From: a virus
Taxonomy: Duplodnaviria; Caudoviricetes
Length of the DNA: 55,555 nucleotides
Virus record (IMG/VR): IMGVR_UViG_3300049489_001004
Span: 1-55,555 of that record
Direction: 5' to 3' (one strand)
The notes beneath the pieces are model-generated. The model was given only the letters and a program-made list of their open reading frames with translations, did not search any database and had not been told where the DNA came from. Of the stretch, positions 44,270 through 53,591 are shown piece by piece. Positions within the stretch are counted from its first letter, which is position 1, and each line of letters starts with the position of its first letter. Position numbers and translations under genes: made by a program.

Positions 44270-45067
44270 CTATTTGATTTCGTGATGGACGCCCAGTCTA
44301 TCGGCTGTCATCCTATATAAGCGTCTAGATTCATGAAAATGTCCTGTGTTATCACCCGGAGAATTCGAAGCATGCCAACTATGACCAGCGGTAGGAATCG
44401 TTCCGTCGTAATACACTTTCCAGCCTAAGTGATCGGCAAAAATGCTTGTCCATGTTTCTTCAAAATACATGAAGGTCGGCAGCATTGCGCCAGTAACTCG
44501 CGGGAAGAGGTGCCTATAGTGAGGGTGATATGTCATCTCATCCCAGACCGTTCTTCTCACGTAATATATAGAGCCCGAAACGGTCCAACACTGATTGCGT
44601 GTTTTAAATAGTTTATCTTCTGGATCCGGATGCGACCATCCACGGTGAATGGGATCAGATTCTCTATCCCAAAAAATACCCGCGTGACGAATAGCCCCAC
44701 GTTCATCTAGCTGCTTGGGGCCCATTATGCCCTGAGTAGGGTCGTCAAAAGTTTGCTGTGCGGCATAAACGTGAGCCGTATCGAACCATGTGTCAGCATT
44801 GACTGCGCAAAATATATCACTATCACACACCGTCGAGATATTATTGATAGCTTCGGAATAGCCGACATTAGGATTAAAGAAAACAGATTCTATATTATAG
44901 TTATCTCTATTTTTTTTCAGCCATTCTCTAGATCCGTCTTGGGAATCATTATCAGCGATATAAAGCTTCCATATCTTTTCGTCGCTGAGATCAGAATGAA
45001 GTGTATCTAGCAACCTTTTTAATTTATCTAATGTGTTATAATTAACTACGGCTAGGTCTACTGTCAT
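44270..45067 (-). CDS. Glycosyltransferase family 2
   Basis: VVNYN, DNDSQDGS, NVGY, NAD and YFEET motifs. Confidence 0.88.
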   Translation of the reverse strand: MTVDLAVVNYNTLDKLKRLLDTLHSDLSDEKIWKLYIADNDSQDGSREWLKKNRDNYNIESVFFNPNVGYSEAINNISTVCDSDIFCAVNADTWFDTAHVYAAQQTFDDPTQGIMGPKQLDERGAIRHAGIFWDRESDPIHRGWSHPDPEDKLFKTRNQCWTVSGSIYYVRRTVWDEMTYHPHYRHLFPRVTGAMLPTFMYFEETWTSIFADHLGWKVYYDGTIPTAGHSWHASNSPGDNTGHFHESRRLYRMTADRLGVHHEIK

Positions 45068-45113
45068 GTTTCCTTCACGGGTTATAGCTCATCGCGCTTT
45101 ATAAGGGCAATCA

Positions 45114-46574
45114 TCAGTTGATGACTATGTTTCCAGCATCGTAATAACCAGAGATAGGATCACGACCTGTTTGAGCCAGTTGAATCATCTGGCCAAGTCT
45201 GTTATCAAATACGCCTACCGACATAACGTATGTTCCTGACTCTAAATTTAGTGGAATTTCTATATCAAACTCCTCAGAAATCACAGGCGGCGAAAGATCA
45301 ACGTCATCGTTTGGCAGCCAAGACAAAGTATCGCTATAAATAGTCTTAATTGACCTAACAACAGATCCTTTCCTAAGCGCTACGGCCAAACAAAAGAGCT
45401 GTCCTTGTCTTGGGTAGGGCGGAGCGTAACCACGATTAACTAAATCGATTTGCATGGGGATCAGGTCGCCTCTACTTGCGCTCAAGGCCGAAACAACCTT
45501 TGTAATGGCAAGGCGATAACCAGCTCTAAGCATCATCTTATTTAATTCCGTTGAATTCCGAGCAATGGTCCAATTATCGTGAACCCCAGAACCGTGAGAA
45601 TCTTTCAGCGTTTTGTTTTGGTTATTCCAGTTTGAGTTATTGTTCGTTGCCTGCTCAAACCAGACAGGAGCTGTCTTCCAGCGCTTGACTATATTCCCGC
45701 CAATATAATCCCACGCCATAGCTCCGGCAGGAAACTCTCCGCCCAATGAGGTAATGCTGTCTGCATCCCAACACTTAGGTCCAGAAACATAGACACCAAG
45801 GTTGTCCCTACGATGCCCAACATCTGGGAAGTTCTTAGCAACCCAAGCGGTATGGTGTCGGATTCCTCCATGAGGCATGATCAACTGAGTGGATTTCCAC
45901 CCTGGAAAAGAATAAGACACTGTCTGCGTGCCGACATTATTAAGTTTATTGCGTCGATGATCTGAACGTGTCCCCCCTGTCCACAACTCTGTCAAGAACC
46001 GGCGAGCGTGCCCTTGAATATTTGATCCAGGGGTACTTGGCGTGTTAAGAAAATGGTGGTTTCTGAGATATGTCCACTCGCCAAAATCACCATAGCCACT
46101 AATGTCTACATAAGCAATCCTGGGGTCTCCGTCATACTTAATTCGTAGGGCTTCAACGAATTTAGCCCAATAGGTTTGATAGGTTACGTTTTCGTAGTTC
46201 GGTTCGATTCCAGCTCGGTAATTCTTCCCGCTCGATGATTTACCTCCGACCGCTCCTGCGTCCAAATTAAGAACCCAGGGTGGAATTTGATGCCCTCCGA
46301 AGGACTCTCCTCGCATTGACATTACACGAAAAGAGCCAAGTTTTTTGTCGCCAGCGCACCATGAAAGAAATGCGTTGATTTTGGTCCAATCGTATACGTT
46401 GTCAGCTGGATTGAGATGCTTCCAAAAGAACTCTCCTACAGCTCTCCGATATGGAGTAGATTCAGGAGGGGTATCAAGTCGGTCAGAGTTTTCTTCTTGC
46501 CATCCGATCCCAGGGTTTGAGAAGTATGTGGTCTCGTCTTCCGTAGGGAAAAACGTTGAGGGAACGTATGTCAT
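45114..46574 (-). CDS. DUF4832 / glycoside hydrolase-like protein
   Basis: NPGIGW, W..LNP....YDW, G.GDFGEW, GYRL and N.GYAPPY motifs. Confidence 0.7.
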   Translation of the reverse strand: MTYVPSTFFPTEDETTYFSNPGIGWQEENSDRLDTPPESTPYRRAVGEFFWKHLNPADNVYDWTKINAFLSWCAGDKKLGSFRVMSMRGESFGGHQIPPWVLNLDAGAVGGKSSSGKNYRAGIEPNYENVTYQTYWAKFVEALRIKYDGDPRIAYVDISGYGDFGEWTYLRNHHFLNTPSTPGSNIQGHARRFLTELWTGGTRSDHRRNKLNNVGTQTVSYSFPGWKSTQLIMPHGGIRHHTAWVAKNFPDVGHRRDNLGVYVSGPKCWDADSITSLGGEFPAGAMAWDYIGGNIVKRWKTAPVWFEQATNNNSNWNNQNKTLKDSHGSGVHDNWTIARNSTELNKMMLRAGYRLAITKVVSALSASRGDLIPMQIDLVNRGYAPPYPRQGQLFCLAVALRKGSVVRSIKTIYSDTLSWLPNDDVDLSPPVISEEFDIEIPLNLESGTYVMSVGVFDNRLGQMIQLAQTGRDPISGYYDAGNIVIN

Positions 46575-46636
46575 ATGAATACCTTTTTTCTTTTGATTAT
46601 CGTTTAGTTGATCCCGATGATTATATAGAATAAAGT

Positions 46637-46936
46637 TTAATTAGTTTCTTCGTCTGCCAACTGATTCGCTTTGGTGGCAATTTCTTTATTTTCTAGCTCA
46701 TCGAGCTCTCGGACTCCATAAATCTTAAACTCTAAGGAACTATCAAAAATTAATATTTTTTTCTCAGCAAAGATCTCTGACAACTGCTCTTGGAAGAAGC
46801 CCATGTCTTGATCGGTCATTGTAGAAGCGTTAACTCTGACGAGAACAAAGTCATCAAACTCTTCGGCTTCTTCGATCCCAACTATCGTTTTTTGACCCTG
46901 ATAATTGTATAGATAAAGCTTAACTGGTTTCTTCAT
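46637..46936 (-). CDS. Hypothetical protein
   Basis: Operon packing. Confidence 0.65.
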   Translation of the reverse strand: MKKPVKLYLYNYQGQKTIVGIEEAEEFDDFVLVRVNASTMTDQDMGFFQEQLSEIFAEKKILIFDSSLEFKIYGVRELDELENKEIATKANQLADEETN

Positions 46937-47192
46937 CTGTCAACTGATTAGCCTTAGTAGCGTTTTCTTTGTCTTCTAGCTTTTGGAGCTCAGCAGTAAT
47001 TTCTTCATCAGTTACTTTGTATACCCGCATCTCTTTATCGTCAGGGAAATACGTAATAAACAAAATCGAACGACCTTCGTCAGTACAGTTTTTAGGGGGA
47101 GCACCTTTCAAAATCGTCTGAAGAGTAGACGAAGAGTACACCTGAGGGGAGTTTTCATAGGTAACTAAATAATTACAGCGGGCAGCGGCCAT
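46920..47192 (-). CDS. Hypothetical protein
   Basis: AAGGA RBS. Confidence 0.65.
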   Translation of the reverse strand: MAAARCNYLVTYENSPQVYSSSTLQTILKGAPPKNCTDEGRSILFITYFPDDKEMRVYKVTDEEITAELQKLEDKENATKANQLTDEETS

Positions 47193-47193
47193 T

Positions 47194-47391
47194 TTATATT
47201 CCTTGCAATAAAATTATTAAACTAACAGGGAGCGCCACAGAGCTTATCGTTATCATAAATAATGATAACCATAGATCTGCCTTTGAGGGTGGCGAACCCA
47301 AGGCTCTTGCTACTGATACTCCAACTATATAATAGACGGAAACCACAAAAAAGAGCAAGCTAAACACACATGCGAATAATCCCCACAGCAT
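47194..47391 (-). CDS. Small two-helix membrane protein
   Basis: Hydrophobic; coupled to the thyX stop. Confidence 0.55.
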   Translation of the reverse strand: MLWGLFACVFSLLFFVVSVYYIVGVSVARALGSPPSKADLWLSLFMITISSVALPVSLIILLQGI

Positions 47392-48104
47392 TATAGGTCC
47401 ATTGCTGAGAAGGTGATTGGGAAGCGCGGTTGAGTTAGTCTATACACAGCATGTGCATATTCTTGAATCTCTTTTTGGGCGTCGTCGGCAAACCTTTGCT
47501 GCAGAAAATGCAATAGGGCCTGCAGAGAACATGTCCAGCGCCAATTAACATATAGTGAATACGCCGGGAGGAATACTCGCGCCTGTTCGGCACAAATTCC
47601 ATTCTCTAGAGCGGACTTATATAATCCATACCCTTCGTCAGACCACTTTTTAAAAGCCTCTGTGTAAAAAGCCCCGGTGAACTCATCGACTGGTTCTCCC
47701 GAGCCCTGCTTGGAATTTTCAGGAGCCGATCTCCACTCGTACGATTTAATCTCGTAAAATTCTTCTTCGGAAGTAATGTATCTGCGACTTCCTTCGTTCC
47801 AGCCGACGTTAAGGTCCGCATGATTAGACCCAGCAATATATTTCCACCACTGTCTGGCGATCATGAGCGGGGCTTTAATTTCTAAAGTTGCAAACGAATG
47901 CCTCAAGGTAGAGAAGTGGCCATTCTTAACTAAGAAACGAATAAGCTTAGCGTCGGCTTGACTAATCTCTGTAACTTCTTTATTGTAAGAAGCTCTTGCG
48001 GAATTTACGACCGCTAAATCTCCACCGTAAGAATCAATGAATCTTACGTAGCCTTTGTCTAGTGTAGGGATGAGGTTATTCTCCATGATTATTGACATGG
48101 ACAA
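47391..48104 (-). CDS. thyX: FAD-dependent thymidylate synthase
   Basis: VNSARASY, H.S...H, APLMIARQW, NEGSRRY, EQAR..LP and AQKEI motifs. Confidence 0.93.
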   Translation of the reverse strand: MSMSIIMENNLIPTLDKGYVRFIDSYGGDLAVVNSARASYNKEVTEISQADAKLIRFLVKNGHFSTLRHSFATLEIKAPLMIARQWWKYIAGSNHADLNVGWNEGSRRYITSEEEFYEIKSYEWRSAPENSKQGSGEPVDEFTGAFYTEAFKKWSDEGYGLYKSALENGICAEQARVFLPAYSLYVNWRWTCSLQALLHFLQQRFADDAQKEIQEYAHAVYRLTQPRFPITFSAMDL

Positions 48105-48113
48105 TATTATACA

Positions 48114-48494
48114 CTAGCTTTCTAAGAAAATGGCCGCCGATTCAAAAATTTGTTTTAAATTTGCAATCTGCTTACCGGTCAATTGAGGAATTTCTTCTAC
48201 CTCGTAACCGGCTTTTTGGTTAATAAAAATAGCCCTAATAATACTCTTAAGATAATCGTGCAGATCTACTTGAACAGTAGAGAGAATAGATATTCCTTCG
48301 TATATGTCCGAGACTGTTATGGAGTTATGGTTATTGTCCCTAATCCATTGTTCTAATTGATTTTCTTCGATTATTGATTCAAAGATATCATCTTCGTTTG
48401 AGGAATCTGTCATATGTTCGCTCCCAAATTGTTTGAGGGGCTGGAGTTCTAGTCGCAGCCCCTCATTCGAGCAATTATCTAATCGGGCAGGCAC
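48114..48494 (-). CDS. Hypothetical protein
   Basis: True start likely MTDSS. Confidence 0.55.
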   Translation of the reverse strand: MPARLDNCSNEGLRLELQPLKQFGSEHMTDSSNEDDIFESIIEENQLEQWIRDNNHNSITVSDIYEGISILSTVQVDLHDYLKSIIRAIFINQKAGYEVEEIPQLTGKQIANLKQIFESAAIFLES

Positions 48495-51400
48495 CTGTCG
48501 AACAGTTTTCGTCTAACGACGACCCATGCTCTTCAACCGTACCGTGATAATCATGATACTCTTTTGCCGTGATAGCCTCAATGGGTGACTGTGGCCGAGT
48601 CATCACGGGGAAAATAGTCATTCCTTTTACGTGCGGGAGTCTGCCCATAATAACTTCGTACACATGCTCAAAATCAGTTAACTCTTCAGGCTGAATATTA
48701 GCGGTGAAAGAAACTGCGTTGCCATCATTGCCATTCGTAAAGTGATGCGTCACAAACTGCAGCACCGCAAGCTGCTCATCAAGAGTAACTTCATGAGACT
48801 CCTGAATTAAGCTTTCGTCATAAGAGTCAAGGATTTGATCTCTAACGATATTTTCTACTACTGTGGTATTCTGACTATAGATACAAGGTTCGGTATGGCG
48901 ACCTTCCTCGATCGCCTTATCGATGAGCTTGTCACCGTTTGTAAAACGTACTCTGCGCTTAAAGTATTTCGCCAGGACAGGATGAATTCCGGCTTGAACC
49001 CCAGGAAGGATAGAGATTGTACCGTTCGGAGCTATCGCCGTAACTTTGATTGGTCTAGGAATGCCTAGCTCATCTGCATACCTGTCTGCTGCGAGTCGAA
49101 CCGTGCGACGGAAAGACTCAAGTTTCTCAGCCAAAATTTCCGAATGGGGAATCTCAGAATACTTAACTCCATGAGCAGCTGCCCATTCCTGGAACCCAAA
49201 GAATCCAACTCCAATACGACGGTTTTTAGCCTCTACCATAGCCGTTAGGTTATGATCTGGGACCGTAAGAGTGGCGCGAACCAAATACCGAGCCATGAGT
49301 TCAAAAGCTTCTTTCGCTCCGTCGTCATCGGTACCAAAGGCAGCGAGATTTACTGAGCCAATATTGCAACTTTCGCCCTCTTGCAAGTTAATCTCACCAC
49401 ATTGTAGCGCATTTATTCCAGAGTATCGGTTCCCTACTAGTTTTCCAACGCACAAAGTATGGTTTTCGTCAACAGTTAAGTTGTATACGGTATGCTCGCC
49501 GTCTAGCTCTTCGATCCTTATGACCTTGTGGTTGTGATTATCACCAGCTTCCTGCACAGCTTTCCAGTTTGGGAATGCATTCGGGCTCTTAGGATTTAAT
49601 CTATAGCTAATTTTTTGAGTCCTACAGGCATCTATCCACTCTGGTTTTTGTGGGTCGCGGCCAAGATTATGCTTAAGGTCACAATAGACTTTTGTTTGAG
49701 CAAGTTTTGTCTCGGCCATCTTGTCAGACCAATACTTTGCCGCTGTAGCTTTGCGCTTAGGATCGTTCTCTAAATGCTTATTGCCACATGCCACAGAGCA
49801 GAAAGCTTGTTCCCTCTGCTGATAGTTAACCAAGAAATCATGCTGGCAAGTTTCACATACACGATTTACATAAACGGTCTTATCGACTAGCTGGGCTTCA
49901 TAACCCTGCTGCTCAGCAATTTGTAACAAACGTAAGGTTCGAGTGTCAATACTGTGAGTAATGAAGCCTAGTTTTTCTGCGGCCCAATGTGACAGTTCAA
50001 CAACTGACCCCAGTTCAGAGCGATGAGCGCTGAACGACCTAGGCATATTGGACACATTAGTATCGTTGACCCATTCTTTGTGAGAGAAACGACGACCCAG
50101 TTCTTTAGTTAGTTCGATGGCACGGTTACGAATATCATCATCTGCAAAACCACTGTAACGTGGATTCTTTTCTCCGGATACATCAGCGAGTTGCGCATGT
50201 AGAAGCTGATGCTCACGCCAGGTCATCACGGCAAGATTATCTGGTGAATTATTTAAACCATTAAAATCTTTGTGATGAACGACAATACCGCCAGTGTTCG
50301 CACAACCGCCACACTCTTCGGTTCTAATTTTTGCAGATTCCCAACCATTGGAATCATTAAACTTAGAAATAAGCCGGTGCTCCATTATCTTTCCCTCTTT
50401 TTCCGTGAGGGCATTGGTGTATACTCTCCAATATGGTTGACCATCGGAAGAAAACTTTTCCTGCCGCTTAGTAAACGGCATGAGAGACTGACCGATCTGT
50501 AGATCTTTTGCCTCAACAATTTGACCGTCACGAGTCATCATCTTGTGGTTGGGGGTGACATCTACATAAAAATCTTTGTCTGTGTGAATGCGGAGAAGCT
50601 TTTGGTTATATCCGGTGACGCGAGGGTTACGGCCCATCTTAATAGACACATTCCCAAACTCGTCGGTTGAATAAACCGGGACATCTAGGCCTTCCTTAGC
50701 AAGCTGTTCTAAAGATACTGCGTCACGACCGTCTGCCGTCATAACTAACGTATCTCCAGAGAAGCATGGGTTGGTGCTACGAGTGTCTGAGTGCTCACCA
50801 AATGACGCATAAGAAGAGTTATAGAAGCCTGGCTCGCCATTGTGCACCATCCCGGTTACTACGGCTCTAGCGACAGCTAAAGCGCCCTCTTCATGGCGAG
50901 TTAATGCCTCGAAGAATGAGTCATCAACTTCTACTGAAATATTAGTTGACCAATGCAGCATTGGATTTTCCTTGCAATGAATAAAGTCAAAGATGTGAGG
51001 ATCATCCCAGTGAACAATAGACATCCGTGCACTGCGCCTGGCCCCACCAGCAACGATGGCTTCGGCCAAATAGTGATCGCACTCCATGGCTTCTACTGAA
51101 CTAAGATGTCGTCCAGTAGCCCTCTTTAATACTTCGTGAACTTTAACGAGTGATCCAGCCAATGGATCCGGGCCAGAGGCGGTTCCGCCGAAGGTTTTGA
51201 TTACCTCTCCCCTTGAACGAATCTCGGTGAGATCAAAGTACAGATCAAGCTTTGAGTTAATCCCGGTGGCATGATCGAATAAAAGCCCCCAAGACTCGAC
51301 CCATCCCTCGCGATCATCAGAGATACGATTTAAAGCCACTGCACCATGATTGTAATATAAATCATTGACTCGATCCAGGAAATCTTCAGGCTCTAACCAT

Positions 51401-51885
51401 GACTCACCGGATTGAAGTTTTACGTCATTGTAATCGCGATGAGAACGATCAATGGTAATGTAAATGTTACCCATTTCTCTTATCGGATCAGAAAGAGTTA
51501 AGTATTCCTGAGAATAGTTTGCTCCGACACCACCACCGGTCATAAGCTGTGAGCCCATGAATTCAAAATGATCTGCTAAACGAGAAGTAAATGGTGCCCT
51601 AAAACAATTCCTTACATATGGCAAGCCGGTTCCGGTCACCCATAGATGTCGACCAGCGGGGATCATCTCAAAGGAATAAATAAGTTCAGCGACTCTTTTA
51701 CGTTCGTCCGGATCTGATATGGTAGAAGTAACCCTATCAACTGTTTCGGCCCAAGTTTCTTTTTCTCCGTTAGCTTTAATTCTACTATAGGTTCGTTCGT
51801 AAACGACCTCTCCCATTGGCCCCCAAACAGGCTTTTCTAGCGTGTCTAGATGTGTCACAACTGAATTTTGGGTAAAAGATTCCAT
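48475..51885 (-). CDS. nrdJ: Class II (B12-dependent) ribonucleotide reductase containing an intein
   Basis: YERTYSR, PAGRHLW, GGGVG, VAGGARRSA, NP-(intein)-CGEI, APNGT and C-terminal CSTGACPIR. Confidence 0.95.
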   Translation of the reverse strand: MESFTQNSVVTHLDTLEKPVWGPMGEVVYERTYSRIKANGEKETWAETVDRVTSTISDPDERKRVAELIYSFEMIPAGRHLWVTGTGLPYVRNCFRAPFTSRLADHFEFMGSQLMTGGGVGANYSQEYLTLSDPIREMGNIYITIDRSHRDYNDVKLQSGESWLEPEDFLDRVNDLYYNHGAVALNRISDDREGWVESWGLLFDHATGINSKLDLYFDLTEIRSRGEVIKTFGGTASGPDPLAGSLVKVHEVLKRATGRHLSSVEAMECDHYLAEAIVAGGARRSARMSIVHWDDPHIFDFIHCKENPMLHWSTNISVEVDDSFFEALTRHEEGALAVARAVVTGMVHNGEPGFYNSSYASFGEHSDTRSTNPCFSGDTLVMTADGRDAVSLEQLAKEGLDVPVYSTDEFGNVSIKMGRNPRVTGYNQKLLRIHTDKDFYVDVTPNHKMMTRDGQIVEAKDLQIGQSLMPFTKRQEKFSSDGQPYWRVYTNALTEKEGKIMEHRLISKFNDSNGWESAKIRTEECGGCANTGGIVVHHKDFNGLNNSPDNLAVMTWREHQLLHAQLADVSGEKNPRYSGFADDDIRNRAIELTKELGRRFSHKEWVNDTNVSNMPRSFSAHRSELGSVVELSHWAAEKLGFITHSIDTRTLRLLQIAEQQGYEAQLVDKTVYVNRVCETCQHDFLVNYQQREQAFCSVACGNKHLENDPKRKATAAKYWSDKMAETKLAQTKVYCDLKHNLGRDPQKPEWIDACRTQKISYRLNPKSPNAFPNWKAVQEAGDNHNHKVIRIEELDGEHTVYNLTVDENHTLCVGKLVGNRYSGINALQCGEINLQEGESCNIGSVNLAAFGTDDDGAKEAFELMARYLVRATLTVPDHNLTAMVEAKNRRIGVGFFGFQEWAAAHGVKYSEIPHSEILAEKLESFRRTVRLAADRYADELGIPRPIKVTAIAPNGTISILPGVQAGIHPVLAKYFKRRVRFTNGDKLIDKAIEEGRHTEPCIYSQNTTVVENIVRDQILDSYDESLIQESHEVTLDEQLAVLQFVTHHFTNGNDGNAVSFTANIQPEELTDFEHVYEVIMGRLPHVKGMTIFPVMTRPQSPIEAITAKEYHDYHGTVEEHGSSLDENCSTGACPIR
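49402..50766 (-). mobile_element. 455-aa intein with HNH homing endonuclease and C-terminal Gln
   Basis: Begins CFSGDT after TNP; has block B VTPNHK, HHKDFNGLNN..DNL, block F VYNLTV; ends ALQ before CGEI. Confidence 0.92.
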
Positions 51886-51918
51886 GTCAATGTCCTAAAT
51901 GCTTAAATTTGTTATTAA

Positions 51919-52611
51919 TTATGATTCTTGTTTTTGTTCAGGTCCACTCATGAAGTACTTAATGAGTTCATGGGGAGCCCGTTCAATATCCAGCTGTTTC
52001 ATTTGCTGTAGCTGGTCCAGCGTGAAAAATTCATACAAGAAACGTTCCACAAAATAACCAGTTCTCCAATTGGGAACGTTTGGTAGAAACTGAGACTTGA
52101 GCTCGACTCTTTGAAACAAAGAGCATATAGCAGTTGGCCCATATATTAACAACAGACTTTTCATTCTGTTTGGAATATACGTCTTATCAACTTCTGAAAT
52201 AGTCTCGTCCTTTGAGGCTTCTTCGTATAGCCATCTTAGGCCCTGCCTAGAGCGACTGTGATGCTCTACCGGAGTAATTGACCCAAGAGACAGTAACTTC
52301 TGACGGTTCTCCTGGATAATTTGATCTTCGGAATATGTTTTCTCAAGTTTGCTTGGCCAATCTTCTTCGTCGTATCCGTCGAACTTATAGCAAGCGAACA
52401 AAAGGGCCTCGGGTGGATCGGTCGGACGAACACGCTTCTCCTTCGCGCCTACAATGGTAAAGCCTAAGTGTTGCCTAGTTTTATCTTTACCATAATTTTT
52501 CTTTCGTAGTTTCCCTAGTTGCCTTTCCCAGTCAGGGATGTTCGAATAGTAGACCGAAAGATAGAAAGCGAGATTTTCTGGGATCCATACATCATTATTC
52601 TCCACGTTCAT
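51919..52611 (-). CDS. Hypothetical protein
   Basis: 230-aa ORF with GAAGGA RBS. Confidence 0.75.
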   Translation of the reverse strand: MNVENNDVWIPENLAFYLSVYYSNIPDWERQLGKLRKKNYGKDKTRQHLGFTIVGAKEKRVRPTDPPEALLFACYKFDGYDEEDWPSKLEKTYSEDQIIQENRQKLLSLGSITPVEHHSRSRQGLRWLYEEASKDETISEVDKTYIPNRMKSLLLIYGPTAICSLFQRVELKSQFLPNVPNWRTGYFVERFLYEFFTLDQLQQMKQLDIERAPHELIKYFMSGPEQKQES

Positions 52612-52796
52612 TTCCTTCTTCCGAGACGAAAAACTCCCCGGCGATACAGGGCCAGGGAGTTTGTTTGGTTACCTGTGACACAATAGTACAGGGATAGTTC
52701 TTGATTCGAAACACAACTTTCGAAGAAAGAAAAATAATTTATCTACCAGGCCTTATGTCAATTTTTGAGAATAGATCAAGCCGAACATATATTCGA

Positions 52797-52842
52797 AAAA
52801 AAAGACGCCCAACACCTGATAAGAACCAGGTGAAGAGCGTCT
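52797..52842 (-). terminator. Probable terminator after the holin-like gene
   Basis: agacgc..cacctg/caggtg..gcgtct stem followed by a T run on the minus strand. Confidence 0.55.
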
Positions 52843-52860
52843 AGATTTAAAAAGGATTCG

Positions 52861-53187
52861 TTAGAGATCTGATCCCAATCCGAATCTAGCAGTCTTATTG
52901 TTGACTGCAGGCGAAATGCCTGTCGGGGTAAGGAGGCCATAGTACGAAGCTACCGCGGACACCCAGCCTAGGCCAGCAATAAGCAGTGTCTCGGTTGAGA
53001 ATACTGCGGCGCCATCGCCCATTGTTGAACTAACGATCAAACCTTGAACGGCCGAAAGTAGAAGTAACAGAACTGCCTTAAGGCCAGAAGAGGCCCCCAG
53101 CTTTGTTACAAGGCCGACGACGATAGGTAATACCGTGCCGACCAGGATACTGACCGCGAAAGGGTCAATGGTAATAGTTGATTCCAT
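52861..53187 (-). CDS. Holin-like membrane protein
   Basis: Three hydrophobic helices; LP..VGLVTK...KA and YYGL motifs. Confidence 0.65.
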   Translation of the reverse strand: MESTITIDPFAVSILVGTVLPIVVGLVTKLGASSGLKAVLLLLLSAVQGLIVSSTMGDGAAVFSTETLLIAGLGWVSAVASYYGLLTPTGISPAVNNKTARFGLGSDL

Positions 53188-53205
53188 TTTGTTTCCTATC
53201 TATAA

Positions 53206-53457
53206 TTAAATTGATTTGAATATCGGCCTATAAGACTTATAGGCTTTTCTTGCTTTTTTATTGCCAAAAAGATGCCATGTTAAAGATGCCCAAATCAGTG
53301 CTGCCACAGGAGATTTAATCGGATGAGATAGCGATCTCCATATTGCAGATGACATTGTCTCTAGTTTCTGGCTTTTAATAGCAACAGCATCGTAGGTAAT
53401 TATACCTGCCGCAAGGGCAATCCAAGCATAATCTCCAGGAATTTTTTTATTGTTCAT
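53206..53457 (-). CDS. Small actinophage-type membrane protein
   Basis: AW..L..GI..YD...ETMS...HP...W..LT.HL. Confidence 0.7.
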   Translation of the reverse strand: MNNKKIPGDYAWIALAAGIITYDAVAIKSQKLETMSSAIWRSLSHPIKSPVAALIWASLTWHLFGNKKARKAYKSYRPIFKSI

Positions 53458-53477
53458 TGTTCATCTCTAAAGAATAA

Positions 53478-53571
53478 GAACCACCAGAGAACGGTTCCCT
53501 ACTTCGTAGGAGACTGCACTTCAGCTAACGTAACTATAAACGGGCCTAAGGCATCAGTTCTCTGGTGGTTC
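53478..53571. ncRNA. Stem-enclosed element with 23S rRNA H69-like sequence
   Basis: 15-bp inverted repeat gaaccaccagagaac/gttctctggtggttc enclosing CGTAACTATAAACGGGCCTAAGG. Confidence 0.55.
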
Positions 53572-53591
53572 GATCTAAATAGTAACTGTTT

